From assembly GCA_044222475.1 (NCBI GenBank), contig JBGANF010000063.1, positions 1 to 42,604 of the forward strand: DNA of 42,604 bases, read 5' to 3'. Within the stretch, counting starts at the first letter, position 1; each line of letters begins with the position of its first letter. The position numbers were made by a program, and so were the translations under genes. The stretch comes from Polyangiaceae bacterium (GTDB lineage Bacteria > Myxococcota_A > Polyangia > Polyangiales > Polyangiaceae). Below the pieces are notes generated by a model, which saw only the letters and a list, made by a program, of their open reading frames with translations, was not told the origin of the DNA and searched no databases. Below are positions 28,291-37,792 of this stretch, in pieces.

Positions 28291-28292
28291 TT

Positions 28293-29867
28293 TCAGCCCG
28301 GCGCAAGGTCGATCGGGTAGACCACCGTCACCGTGCCTCCCTCGGGCGCGGGGAACGTCATCGTCTGGAACACGGACGAGATGCACGCGCCGAGCTCCGC
28401 CGGTAGCTTGCCCGCCTTCGACGACGCCGACGTCACCTCGCCGCTCCGTCCGATCACGAACGTGACCTCGACCGTGCCCTTCGCGAACGAATCCTTCGCC
28501 AGCGTCTTCTCGTAGCAGGCGCGGATGCGGCCCGAGCTCGCGCGGACGATGCGCCCGATGACCTCCGGCGGCAGGCGCCCGTTCACCGACGTCGCGCCGT
28601 GCGTGACGCTCGCGTCGCGCGACCCCGCCGATGCGCTCGGCGACGCGCTCGCCGAGGCGCTCGCGACGGCGCTCGTCAACGCGCTCACCGCCGGCTCCGC
28701 GGCGGCGTCGATCACCGAGCTCGAACCGCTCGGCGCGGTCGCCGCGCTCGCCGCACGCGGGCGGGGCGGTGCGTCCTCGAGGAGGCGGGCCGCCGCGATC
28801 AAGACGCCGAGCACGACCGCGCCACCGAGGATCGCTCCGATGAGAAGCCACGCTGGTAACGGCTTCGGCGGCGGCGCCGCGACCGGCGGAGGCGTCACCG
28901 CGTACGGGAGCTGCGTCGGCGCGACGGTAAACGCCGCGCGCGCCGGCCCCGACGGCATCGGCCCGGTCGTCACGACCGCCGCGAGCGGGCTCGCGAGGAC
29001 TGGCGCGAGCGCGGCAAGCACCTCGCGTGCGTCCGCGAAGCGTGCGCTCGGCTCTCGCACCACGCACCGCTGGAACCACGCGTCGAACCCGATCGGCAAC
29101 GCGACGCCGCGCTCGCTCGCGCGCACCGACGCCGGCGCGATCGGCTCGATGAGGATCTCGCGCAGGACCTGGGTGATCGATGGCGTCGCGTCCTCCGCGG
29201 CGCGCCAGAACGGAAAGCCGCACAAGAGGTGGAACGCGATCAGCCCCAGCGCCCACACGTCGGCCTGCGGCCCGATCGGGCGGCGATCCGTCTGCTCGGG
29301 GGCGAGCCAGAGCGGAGTGCCGACCGCGCTGGTCGAGGTCCCTGCGCCCTCGGCCACGAGCTTGGCGATCCCGAAGTCGAGCACCTTCACCGTGAACGGC
29401 ACGCGGGCGCGCTTCGACCGTGCGAGGAACACGTTCTCCGGCTTGAGGTCGCGGTGGACGATCCCGGCGTCGTGAGCGGCCGCCATCGCGTGGCAGAGCT
29501 GCTCGAAGATCTCGGCGACCTCCTCTTTCGGGAGCGCTCCGCGCGACTGGACCGTGGCCGCGAGATCAGCGCCGTCGAGGAGCTCCATGACGAGGTAAGG
29601 GGTGCCGGTCGCCGCGTCGACGCCGGCGGCCTGCACCTCGACGACGTGCTCGCTGTGGATCCGCGCGCCGATCCGGGCCTCTTGCTCGAAGCGGCGGCGG
29701 AGCCCGGCGTCGGCGACGAGCTGCGGGTGCATGAGCTTCAGCGCGCGCTGCTTCGCGGTCGAGATCTGGTCGACGACGTAGACCGCGCCCATGCCGCCGG
29801 CCGAGAGCGGGCGCACGATGCGGTAGTCTCCGGCGAAGAGGGCGCCGGGCGCGAGGTCGAGGCTCAT
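28293..29867 (-). CDS. Membrane Ser/Thr protein kinase with C-terminal AgmX/PglI (TonB-C-like) domain
   Basis: GGMGAVY, ALKLM, HRDLKPEN, DFGIAK, GTPLWLAPEQ; TM segment; IRACYE...GTVEVTFVIG...C...FPAP...VYP. Confidence 0.92.
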   Translation of the reverse strand: MSLDLAPGALFAGDYRIVRPLSAGGMGAVYVVDQISTAKQRALKLMHPQLVADAGLRRRFEQEARIGARIHSEHVVEVQAAGVDAATGTPYLVMELLDGADLAATVQSRGALPKEEVAEIFEQLCHAMAAAHDAGIVHRDLKPENVFLARSKRARVPFTVKVLDFGIAKLVAEGAGTSTSAVGTPLWLAPEQTDRRPIGPQADVWALGLIAFHLLCGFPFWRAAEDATPSITQVLREILIEPIAPASVRASERGVALPIGFDAWFQRCVVREPSARFADAREVLAALAPVLASPLAAVVTTGPMPSGPARAAFTVAPTQLPYAVTPPPVAAPPPKPLPAWLLIGAILGGAVVLGVLIAAARLLEDAPPRPRAASAATAPSGSSSVIDAAAEPAVSALTSAVASASASASPSASAGSRDASVTHGATSVNGRLPPEVIGRIVRASSGRIRACYEKTLAKDSFAKGTVEVTFVIGRSGEVTSASSKAGKLPAELGACISSVFQTMTFPAPEGGTVTVVYPIDLAPG

Positions 29868-29920
29868 GCCGTTTCGTCGATGATCGCGCATCACGGGGCG
29901 TTCCATACCAGAATGTGGCG

Positions 29921-30010
29921 AAAGAATTTTGGGGGCCCCCCACTCGAGGTCTTCGTGGCTTCCCCGCCGTGCTCGGCGCTTCGCGCCACGCGGGGGGCCT
30001 TGTACCCGGT
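29921..30010. repeat. Short relative of the 27971-28290 element, inverted orientation
   Basis: Its reverse complement shares CGGGTAC, GCCGAGCACGGC (12/12), CGAAG and TCGAGxxGGGGGCxCCxAATTCT blocks in the same order as 28107-28272. Confidence 0.6.
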
Positions 30011-30052
30011 GCGCATGCGGCGCGTGCGATCGTCGCGTCGCGCCCGACGTCG

Positions 30053-30343
30053 TCATCGTTCGTCGATCGGCGGCGGGGGCGCGTCACGGACGGTCACCAC
30101 GTCGAGAAACGTCGGGCCGAAGCGGTTGAGGATCCACAGGTTGAAGCCTGGAACCCGGCGAACGTGGACGTAGCCAGGGTGGAAGCTCGTCACGTAGTCG
30201 GCGGGCCCGGGCAGTTCGTCCACGTCTGCAAGTGCGGTCATCGCGGCGGTCAGCGCGTGGTGCCTGACCGTGCGCGGCCTAACGCCGAGTTTCGCGAGCG
30301 TGCGGTTGACCGTAGTGCTCAGTCGTTGGATTCGTCCGGCCAC
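30053..30343 (-). CDS. Putative RelE/ParE-like toxin
   Basis: 96 aa, basic; C-terminal HVRRVPGFNLWILNRF...LDVVTVR beta-meander as in the RelE/ParE fold; overlaps an upstream small acidic ORF. Confidence 0.5.
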   Translation of the reverse strand: MAGRIQRLSTTVNRTLAKLGVRPRTVRHHALTAAMTALADVDELPGPADYVTSFHPGYVHVRRVPGFNLWILNRFGPTFLDVVTVRDAPPPPIDER

Positions 30344-30498
30344 GGCGACTCTCCGGTCTCCGACCAGCGCTCGAGTTGCTCGGCCGTCACGATGATGCAG
30401 TCACCGGAGTCGAGCTCGGCGATGGCCTGACGAATTTCCGCTTGGAGCTCGGTGTCTTCGACGACGGCAACGCCCAGGTTCGTGGTCGGGAGAGTCAT
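30319..30498 (-). CDS. Putative antitoxin (59 aa, acidic)
   Basis: Not in the ORF track. Hand translation MTLPTTNLGVAVVEDTELQAEIRQAIAELDSGDCIIVTAEQLERWSETGESPWPDESND*; overlaps the toxin start by 25 nt. Confidence 0.5.
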   Translation of the reverse strand: MTLPTTNLGVAVVEDTELQAEIRQAIAELDSGDCIIVTAEQLERWSETGESPWPDESND

Positions 30499-30711
30499 GG
30501 CTTCGACGATGCCTCAACGCGATGGGAACGGCAAAAAAGTGCTGGTCGCATGCCCGGTGATTTGCACTCGGCATGCCACGCACGGGAGCCTCGATTGCGC
30601 GAGGTTTCCATCGTCGACGGGGTGGCGCGCGCCAGTCGGTGCCGGCGCCGCGCCAGGTACGTAGCGGCGGCCAACTGGCCTACGGCCCGGCCAGGGTGGC
30701 CGGCGGCGGAG

Positions 30712-31407
30712 TCACGGAAGCTTCGTAGCCAGCACCGCGCGCGCGAAGCGGTCGATCGCGGCGACGGGGACGCCGACGAACGAGACGAAGCCGTTCCGCT
30801 CGTTGACCTCGACGCGCTTCAGCGAGGCGACTCCGCCCAGCTTGGCCTTCAACGCCTTCTCGGTAGCCGTGCTCGGCCGGCGCGACGCGGCGCCCTTGAG
30901 CTTGGTCGTGGCGGCGGCGATCTGTTCGATCGTGGCGGTCTCGATCGACTTCGTCCCCTCGGGCGTCGGGATGCGCAGCTTGTCGAGCGCGACGGGGAGC
31001 GGCGGATGCGCGAGCGGCTTGCCGAGCTTGGCTTCGATGTAGCCGAGCGCGGCGTCGAGCTTGGCCACGCCGTAGGTCTCTTCGTCGCGCGGGCTGGCGA
31101 ACTTGGCGACGCGAACGTAGCGGCGGGCGGTGCGCGGTTCTTCCTTCATGACCTTGCGGAAGAACTCGTCCTGGTCGCGATGGCCGCCGAAGACGTAGAG
31201 CGGAGGATCGTGATCGAGGATCGCTGCGGCGGCTTCCCAGCGGCGGTCGAAGTCTTCCATCTCGGTGTGGGCGGATGACGAGATGACGGCGACGAGGGAG
31301 TCGTACGCCTTCTTGAGTTTCGCGTCGACGCGGACGGGGATGTCGGGAGGCGGTGCGGGTTTCTTGGGCGTCGACTTCGTCGGGGACTCTTTCTTCTTGG
31401 CGGCCAT
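30712..31407 (-). CDS. Hypothetical basic protein with putative HTH
   Basis: GGAGG RBS and host-like codons; LYVFGG...EFFRKVMKEEPRTARRYVRVA resembles an HTH recognition helix. Confidence 0.6.
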   Translation of the reverse strand: MAAKKKESPTKSTPKKPAPPPDIPVRVDAKLKKAYDSLVAVISSSAHTEMEDFDRRWEAAAAILDHDPPLYVFGGHRDQDEFFRKVMKEEPRTARRYVRVAKFASPRDEETYGVAKLDAALGYIEAKLGKPLAHPPLPVALDKLRIPTPEGTKSIETATIEQIAAATTKLKGAASRRPSTATEKALKAKLGGVASLKRVEVNERNGFVSFVGVPVAAIDRFARAVLATKLP

Positions 31408-31514
31408 GCGGGGTCCTCCCTGTTTGCGAGGAGCGTACTTCAGGAGGTTGGGTCGCCGATCTACTTCGAGAGGCGCCCCGCCTCGGGGAGGATCAGAGGA
31501 ACGTGCGACTGCCC

Positions 31515-34500
31515 CTACCCCCGGGACCTCTTAGGTCTCGAGGGCGTGAGACGAAAGTCGTTTGGCACGTTCGGCAGCGTCGCTTGCGCCGGCGCGCGGC
31601 GTTTGGTCTTGGCCGATGGCCGCACGCCGACAGCATCGTCGGGCCCTCGGAGTTCCGCGCCTGGGATCGTGCTACCAGCGCAGATCCGCTCAAGCAGGGA
31701 TGCCTGGAGGGGTTCCAACTCCACGAGACGACCGAGCACGTTAATGATGTCGAGGAGGTCGCTCGTATACTCGTGGGGCCAGCGCCCGGGCACGACCTTG
31801 CTCAACGGCGAGTCTCGTCGTTCATGCTGCGGTCGCTCGCGCGTCGCATTCCTATAGCTGAACCACTGCTGCAGCACGTTCATCCCCGAAACTTCGTATG
31901 CCCAAACGGCCGGCGGTACACCATCGATGCGGCCGTCGCCGACGTGGAGGCGATGTGACACGGCGTCGTAGCGCATCTCAGCCGGCAACTCTCCCGATTG
32001 TCCGATGGTCCCACCAGCGGGAATCTTCGGAGCGTTCTTGGGCGCTAGCCTCGGCGCCGACGGCGGACGCCCATTCGCGGCGTCGCTGAAGCGCTCCCCG
32101 AAACAATGGAGCCACACAACGGTGCGCCCGACTTCGGCAGCCTCAGCGAAGAGGTCCGCGTCCGTGGTAATGGGCACCCGCACGCCTGGCTTCGCCATGT
32201 CGTCGGCAAACCTCGCCGTGAACGCGGGATGTGAGGTCACGGCCACGATGTACGCAAAGACATCCTCCGCCGTTACGTCGCGGCCGTAAGTCGTCGTCAG
32301 CGTCGCCGTCACCGTCGGGTACAGATTCGGATCTTTCGCAGCGTGGTCTCGCCACAGTGGGAAGACACGACCGCCTCGGCCATTGTAGTGGTGAGCATCG
32401 GGGACGCGCGCGGTAACTGTGACTGCCGGGCCGCCCGTCGGCGTCCGGTCCATCGGGGCTGTGAGGTAGACCTGCCGAGGCGAGAGCGTCGCCCACAATG
32501 CGTGATTGGGAACGTTGATGAGCCGGTTGTCGGGGATGATGTACTGCCTGTCGAACGAGCGGAAGGCATAGCGCGTAGAACCGACACTTTCGCGCGTGTC
32601 GGACGCGACAGCGGACTCGCGAAACTCGAAACCCGGAAGGCCCTCCTTAAGCACCTTCGCCGGATGTCGGTCGCCAGGCTTGCCGTTGCGAGTGTGCGGT
32701 TGAAACAGCTCATCCTTCTTCGCCGACGGCGCATCCCGGAGAATTTTCCAACGCCGGCGCAGCGAGTCGGCGTCGGGTGCGACGATCCACGTTCGACCGA
32801 TCATCGAACCGTTGCCGTCGTACGGGAGCAGGTCGTGGAGCGAAGGATACGAGTCCCACGCCGATTGCGAGGACGGTCGAAACGGCGCGCGCCACTCGGT
32901 CGGGCACTCGCTCCAACCGCCATCGATGCTCGCGGCGCGGAGAGCAGCAAACTTCTCCTTCCGATGACCCTTCGGTAGCGACATGAACCGCACGACCGCC
33001 GGTTTCGCTACATCGGTCTTTGTCGATCTGCACGCCAGGACGATGCAGACCGGGCGTTGCACGCCCTCAAAAAAACGGGTGCTCATGTCCGGCTGATGAC
33101 CCTCTGGCGAGCAGTCGATGACCCAAACTTCATCCGTCGTTCGCCGCAAGTAGTCGCGCATCTTTTCAAACGCCGTACCGTTCAAGAACGCCGCCGAGCT
33201 CACGAAACAGACGATACCGGCCTTGGTATCCGGGTACTGGTCGAACGCCTTCCACGTCGCCCATCGCCAGAAGTAGACGTATAGGTTGTGAAGGTGGCGC
33301 TTCTGCGGCCCGAGTTTCCATTCGTCCGGCGGCACCCAAGCTTTCAACGGCGGCTCGCCGCCCGCATCCCCGTTCACGATCCAGCCCCCGCTCCCCATCG
33401 CCTTGTCGCCGTATGGTGGATTCCCGAGGACGACCATGATGCGTTCGTCCTTCTTGATCGCATCGGCCTTCCGACGCGATTCGGCCATCTCTTCGAGGAC
33501 AGGTCCGAGCCACTCTTGCTGATGAAACGGATTCGAGAGCGTATCCGCCACGTACATGCGCGGGGCGGAGGACGGCACGTCCTTGATGAGCGTCCTGAGC
33601 TCAGCGAGCACCCGCAGCTGTGCGACGGCGAACGGGCCAAGTTGGATGTCGAAGGCGATCAAGCGCCGCACGGCATCGTCGATGGCCGACGGGACCGCTC
33701 CCTCGCCTTGGTCCGCAGAGACAGTCGCGGCTATCCGGCGTAGGACTCCCAGCAGAAAGGTACCGGTCCCAACGGCGGGATCTGCAATCGTGACCGATTC
33801 CGCCGCAAGTCCACTCGTCAGCCCGAAGCGTGTGCGCAAAACATCGTCGACGAGCCGCACCATCTCGCTGACGACCTCGGCCGGTGTGTAGTAGGAGCCG
33901 GTTTGCTTTCGAAGGTCGGCATCGTAGACGGCTAGGAAGTCTTCGTAGAAGTACAACCAGGCGTCAGGATCGCCTTTGCTGATCTTCGGCCAGTCGACCG
34001 CATCGAGAACGCGACGCAACAGATCGAGCGACGTGATGGGCTTCGACTTTCGATCGGCGAACGTCAAGACGCGGAGTGCGGCGCCGATGAGAGTGTTCGG
34101 AAGATCTTGGGCAGCGCGATTCAAGTCGCGCAGTTCGATGCCCTGCGCTCGAGCCATGAGCATCCCGAACGTGACCGCCTGTGCGTACCCGTCGGCGAAC
34201 TGTTCGTCGCTGGCCTCGGGGAACAACGTCTTCCGCCACGTCGTCTCCAGCATCTCCAGACCGGGGCTGTGCAGCGACAGCTGCTCCGCCACCTCGTCGC
34301 GCAGTAGCCTGCAGAGGCGGGCGCTCACGTCCGCAAGGTCCTTCGCGCTCCGAGCGGCGTTGGGCGTCCAACGAAAGAAGCTTTCCAGGAGGAGTTGAAG
34401 GTCCGGTGTTGCGGCGAGCGTGCCGCCGGCCTCGGAAACATCCCCGACGAGTTTGACGAGCGCGCCGACCTGCTCGCCCTCCCGCCACAAGCTGAACTCG

Positions 34501-34970
34501 TTCCCATCGGTGTAGACGAGGTTCGGCAGAGATTTGAAGCGCTCCCACTGGTCTCGGTCGTGCCCCCGAAAGTGGCGAGGGTCTGCGCCCTTTCCTGGGG
34601 CTTTTAGTTCGACGTAGCCCACCAACAGCGCCGAGCGCGTCACGGCGAGGTCAGGACGGCACTTCAAGTCACGAAGCGACGCCTCGCCGACGACCGAAAT
34701 TTGGTCGCGCCACAGCGGCGCACAGAGGCCGCCAACGTCGCGGAGCAAGAGCTCGACCGGCGTCCGGAGCTGGTCCTCGGGCTGGCCGACGACCGCGCTG
34801 TTCGACAACTTTGCTTTCGCTCGCGTCCCGAAACGGGCGACCGCCTCCGTCAGCGAGGCAGGTGGAACGCTCCGCGAAACCTTTGCTCGCGCGATCTGCG
34901 GAGTCGGTGCGGGCTGTTCGACCTTCTTGGGCACAGAACCAGTTGAACCGACCCATGGAAATTGGCCCAC
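31515..34970 (-). CDS. Single-chain Type IIG/ISP-like restriction-modification enzyme (PD-(D/E)xK + N6-adenine MTase + specificity domain)
   Basis: RPDLAV...GYVELK nuclease motif, GSYYTP, motif I DPAVGTGTF, motif IV GNPPY, NLYVYFWRW, and C-terminal YAFRSFDRQ / VWAYEVSGMNVL..WFSYR. No helicase motifs seen; start uncertain. Confidence 0.9.
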   Translation of the reverse strand: MGQFPWVGSTGSVPKKVEQPAPTPQIARAKVSRSVPPASLTEAVARFGTRAKAKLSNSAVVGQPEDQLRTPVELLLRDVGGLCAPLWRDQISVVGEASLRDLKCRPDLAVTRSALLVGYVELKAPGKGADPRHFRGHDRDQWERFKSLPNLVYTDGNEFSLWREGEQVGALVKLVGDVSEAGGTLAATPDLQLLLESFFRWTPNAARSAKDLADVSARLCRLLRDEVAEQLSLHSPGLEMLETTWRKTLFPEASDEQFADGYAQAVTFGMLMARAQGIELRDLNRAAQDLPNTLIGAALRVLTFADRKSKPITSLDLLRRVLDAVDWPKISKGDPDAWLYFYEDFLAVYDADLRKQTGSYYTPAEVVSEMVRLVDDVLRTRFGLTSGLAAESVTIADPAVGTGTFLLGVLRRIAATVSADQGEGAVPSAIDDAVRRLIAFDIQLGPFAVAQLRVLAELRTLIKDVPSSAPRMYVADTLSNPFHQQEWLGPVLEEMAESRRKADAIKKDERIMVVLGNPPYGDKAMGSGGWIVNGDAGGEPPLKAWVPPDEWKLGPQKRHLHNLYVYFWRWATWKAFDQYPDTKAGIVCFVSSAAFLNGTAFEKMRDYLRRTTDEVWVIDCSPEGHQPDMSTRFFEGVQRPVCIVLACRSTKTDVAKPAVVRFMSLPKGHRKEKFAALRAASIDGGWSECPTEWRAPFRPSSQSAWDSYPSLHDLLPYDGNGSMIGRTWIVAPDADSLRRRWKILRDAPSAKKDELFQPHTRNGKPGDRHPAKVLKEGLPGFEFRESAVASDTRESVGSTRYAFRSFDRQYIIPDNRLINVPNHALWATLSPRQVYLTAPMDRTPTGGPAVTVTARVPDAHHYNGRGGRVFPLWRDHAAKDPNLYPTVTATLTTTYGRDVTAEDVFAYIVAVTSHPAFTARFADDMAKPGVRVPITTDADLFAEAAEVGRTVVWLHCFGERFSDAANGRPPSAPRLAPKNAPKIPAGGTIGQSGELPAEMRYDAVSHRLHVGDGRIDGVPPAVWAYEVSGMNVLQQWFSYRNATRERPQHERRDSPLSKVVPGRWPHEYTSDLLDIINVLGRLVELEPLQASLLERICAGSTIPGAELRGPDDAVGVRPSAKTKRRAPAQATLPNVPNDFRLTPSRPKRSRG

Positions 34971-35090
34971 TTTCAGTCGATCTTCTCGTCGCTACGGTCA
35001 GGGACCGGTGGTGGCGAGCGAGGGGCCCAGCGCCTCGCGAGTCGCAGGGCAACCACGGCATCCGACGCCGCGCCGACCGAGCTGACTCGG

Positions 35091-37667
35091 CTACCTCTTG
35101 AACTGGCTCACGAAGGTCTCGATTTCGTCCACGGCGGCCTTCAAGTCACTGGCGGTCGGCGGCGGCTTCCCGAGAGCCGGAGCCTGGTCGTGGGTCCACA
35201 TGGACGCGCGGGTCATGCCCTGTTTGACCGCGGTGGTCATTTCCTCGGTCACGGTCACTGGAGCAAGCTTCAAGGTTTGGATGTCTGGTTGGAAACGACC
35301 GACGACCCCGTTGAAAAGCTTCTCTTCCACGCATCGTTCCCACGCTTCGCGGAGAAGTTCGAACCAGATCTTCACCTCGCGTCGGTACTGCTCCGCGTCT
35401 CCCTTTCGCTCGACGGCTCCAAGCCTCTGCATATCGTTCTTCAGGTAGCCGATCCTTCCCTTTACGTTCAGAGCAACCCAGGGCAGCTCTTTCGCCGTGA
35501 TGCCCGCGGTGTTCCCGACGCGGCGCACGACGCGAACCTCGCACGCGAGTGATGCCCGCGCTGCGAGCTCCTGCAGCTCGAGGAGAAACACAACATCCTG
35601 GGTGAAGACGATCGTCTGACGGCGGTGCGCCTCGTCGATCAACCGCTGCGCTACATAACTTCGGCGAGCGTGATCCAGCGACGAGACTGGGTCGTCCAGG
35701 ATGATGCCCCCGCTGTGCTCGGCGACGGCGACCTCGGCCAAGAAGAACGAGAGCGCGACGGTGCGACGCTCTCCCTCGCTGAGAACGTCGCCGACGTCCA
35801 CGTTCCGCGTGGTGTCCAACTGTAGGGAGACCCGCGTCTTGCCCTTTGAGCCGCGTGCACCGATCGCGACGGGCAGGTGCGTGCAGCGCAGCGCCTCCAA
35901 TTCCGTAGCGAGGCGCTCGCGCAATTGCGCGGTCACCGCTCCTTCGGTGAACTCGCCGATCTTCCGGCTCAGTCCGGTCGTCACCAGCGCGGACGACGTC
36001 GACCGCAACTTAGAGATGCGCTTCAATGCGTCGATGCGAGCCAGCACGGAGTCGCGGCGTTCTGCGAGCCGCACACGGTCCTCCAGCTCAGCGACCTCGC
36101 GGACGAGTTTAGCCAAAGCATCTGGACCAGCGAGCGCTCGCTGCTCCGCCGCCTGCCGGCGCAGATCCGTCGCGAGTTTCCGCACGCTGGTCGCGGCCTC
36201 ACGCGCGAGCGGAGGGGCGTAAACCTTACCTTCCGCAGATGAGGCGGTGATCGAGGACGCTCGTTGGGCGACCGACGCCAGAAACGCCGACGCGAGGGCG
36301 TCGAGTGCGGGTTCCTCGTTCAGTATGAGGTTCACTCGGGTCCCGACGTTCCTCACTTCGTCGGGGATCTTTGCGATCGCTCCCATGATTGCGCGACGAC
36401 GTTGACCAACCTCGCGGAGCTCTCGTTCGACCTCTCCACGAAAGAACTCTTCGAACTTGAGCAACCGTGCAAACGCCTCGTCGGAGAGCTGCTGCTGACA
36501 AAGTGGGCAGCGGCGTTCGGCGTCGCTTGGAGGAAACTGATGGTCGCCCACGTAGGAGTGGGCCGCCTGCCACAAAGACTTCCAAGCAGGCGTGCCGATC
36601 TCGCGCTCACTGGCCTGCGACAGAGCCGTCGAGAGCTGCGACGACTGGACCGTAAGCAGATCGGCCCGAGCATTGATGGCGAGAAGATCACTGACAACCG
36701 TGTGATCGACTCCAGCAGCAACCGCGTCAAGGTCCGTGGCGAGTTGTTCTACGCTCAAGGCGCGACGATCGAGCTGACCCGCGACTATCGACGGATCGTT
36801 CGTCTTTGCCGCTGCGATCTGGACGCGAAGCTGTTCGAGTCGCTTCCTCTCGGCCTCGCCCATCGTGGTCAGAGTGTCCACCGTTGCCGTACTCACGTTC
36901 TCCGTCAGCGCATTGACAAGCGCACCCGCCCTTGTGTTCGGGTCAAAACCCGTGACGGGCACACGAAGCGCGTCGAGGGTTGCGATCTCTTCCTCGACGC
37001 GCTTCTTGAGCTGCACCTGGAACGTGACCAGTCTCTCGAAGAGTCGCAGGCTCGAAGGGGTGTACGTGATCTCGCTTTCGCCGTCTGCGTAGACGTCCGC
37101 GCAGTCGGCGTCGAAAACGCTGACCTCTCCCAGCTCGACTGCGGGCGGCGCATTGACATCACGTTCGACGACGGAGACGACGCCATCGATCGCCAATTCG
37201 ATCTTCGCTGTTCCCGCATGGGTGGTCGCGGAGGCCCCAGACTTAAGCACGTTGGGGAGGATCTCAATCGGCTTCGCGCTCGAGCGGCATGCCCTACGAA
37301 GCACGCGTGCATAGCTCGACTTCCCCGAGCCGGTTTCGCCGAACACGATGGACAGACCGTCCGACCCGAAGTCGAGCCGTTGGCCCGACTCGACCGCCCC
37401 CACCGCAACGAAGTCCGACATCGCGAGAATCTGAGACGCCCGACGGGCTGACGTGCCGACGAGTGCAGGCAGCGGAACCGGAGCCACGGGCGACCTAACC
37501 GGAACCCCAAATGCGGTTAGTACCATGTTATGCGCGTCGTCGATCGCGCTCGCAGTGGCGTCCTCAAGCGTCGTGAGTCGACGAAGCAGATCGCTTTGCC
37601 AGGGAGGCAGGCTCTGGACCCACGCCCAGAGTGCACCTTGCAGGTCCGGAACGGCCATCGAAGCCAC
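35091..37667 (-). CDS. SMC/Rad50-like ABC ATPase with zinc hook and C-terminal HEPN-like domain (RloC/AAA_13-like)
   Basis: Walker A GETGSGKS, coiled coils around CPLC, signature LSEGE, Walker B/D-loop IILDDPVSSLD, C-terminal REAWERCVE...RASMWTH (Rx5H). Start is 37667 or 37658. Confidence 0.8.
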   Translation of the reverse strand: MASMAVPDLQGALWAWVQSLPPWQSDLLRRLTTLEDATASAIDDAHNMVLTAFGVPVRSPVAPVPLPALVGTSARRASQILAMSDFVAVGAVESGQRLDFGSDGLSIVFGETGSGKSSYARVLRRACRSSAKPIEILPNVLKSGASATTHAGTAKIELAIDGVVSVVERDVNAPPAVELGEVSVFDADCADVYADGESEITYTPSSLRLFERLVTFQVQLKKRVEEEIATLDALRVPVTGFDPNTRAGALVNALTENVSTATVDTLTTMGEAERKRLEQLRVQIAAAKTNDPSIVAGQLDRRALSVEQLATDLDAVAAGVDHTVVSDLLAINARADLLTVQSSQLSTALSQASEREIGTPAWKSLWQAAHSYVGDHQFPPSDAERRCPLCQQQLSDEAFARLLKFEEFFRGEVERELREVGQRRRAIMGAIAKIPDEVRNVGTRVNLILNEEPALDALASAFLASVAQRASSITASSAEGKVYAPPLAREAATSVRKLATDLRRQAAEQRALAGPDALAKLVREVAELEDRVRLAERRDSVLARIDALKRISKLRSTSSALVTTGLSRKIGEFTEGAVTAQLRERLATELEALRCTHLPVAIGARGSKGKTRVSLQLDTTRNVDVGDVLSEGERRTVALSFFLAEVAVAEHSGGIILDDPVSSLDHARRSYVAQRLIDEAHRRQTIVFTQDVVFLLELQELAARASLACEVRVVRRVGNTAGITAKELPWVALNVKGRIGYLKNDMQRLGAVERKGDAEQYRREVKIWFELLREAWERCVEEKLFNGVVGRFQPDIQTLKLAPVTVTEEMTTAVKQGMTRASMWTHDQAPALGKPPPTASDLKAAVDEIETFVSQFKR

Positions 37668-37792
37668 AGACTATGTGATCCGTCGCGGCGTAACCATCGT
37701 GCTACACGGGCAGCGGGCTCGACGATTCGCGATGAGCGGGGCCCTACGATCCCAAGCGTTTCGCCCCTCCATGGGACGCCGACGGATGACCT

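Noticed and set aside
27901..28292. tmRNA, RNase P, 6S or tRNA in the structured intergenic region
   Set aside because: No GAGGAAAGTCC, no tRNA-like GTTCGA/CCA ends and no tag ORF were found by eye.
331..29475. Many long antisense or alternative-frame ORFs (e.g. 3364..5343+, 7381..9384+, 13823..16228-, 21031..23847-)
   Set aside because: They are Arg/Ala/Gly-rich shadow ORFs of high-GC genes that already have clear family motifs.
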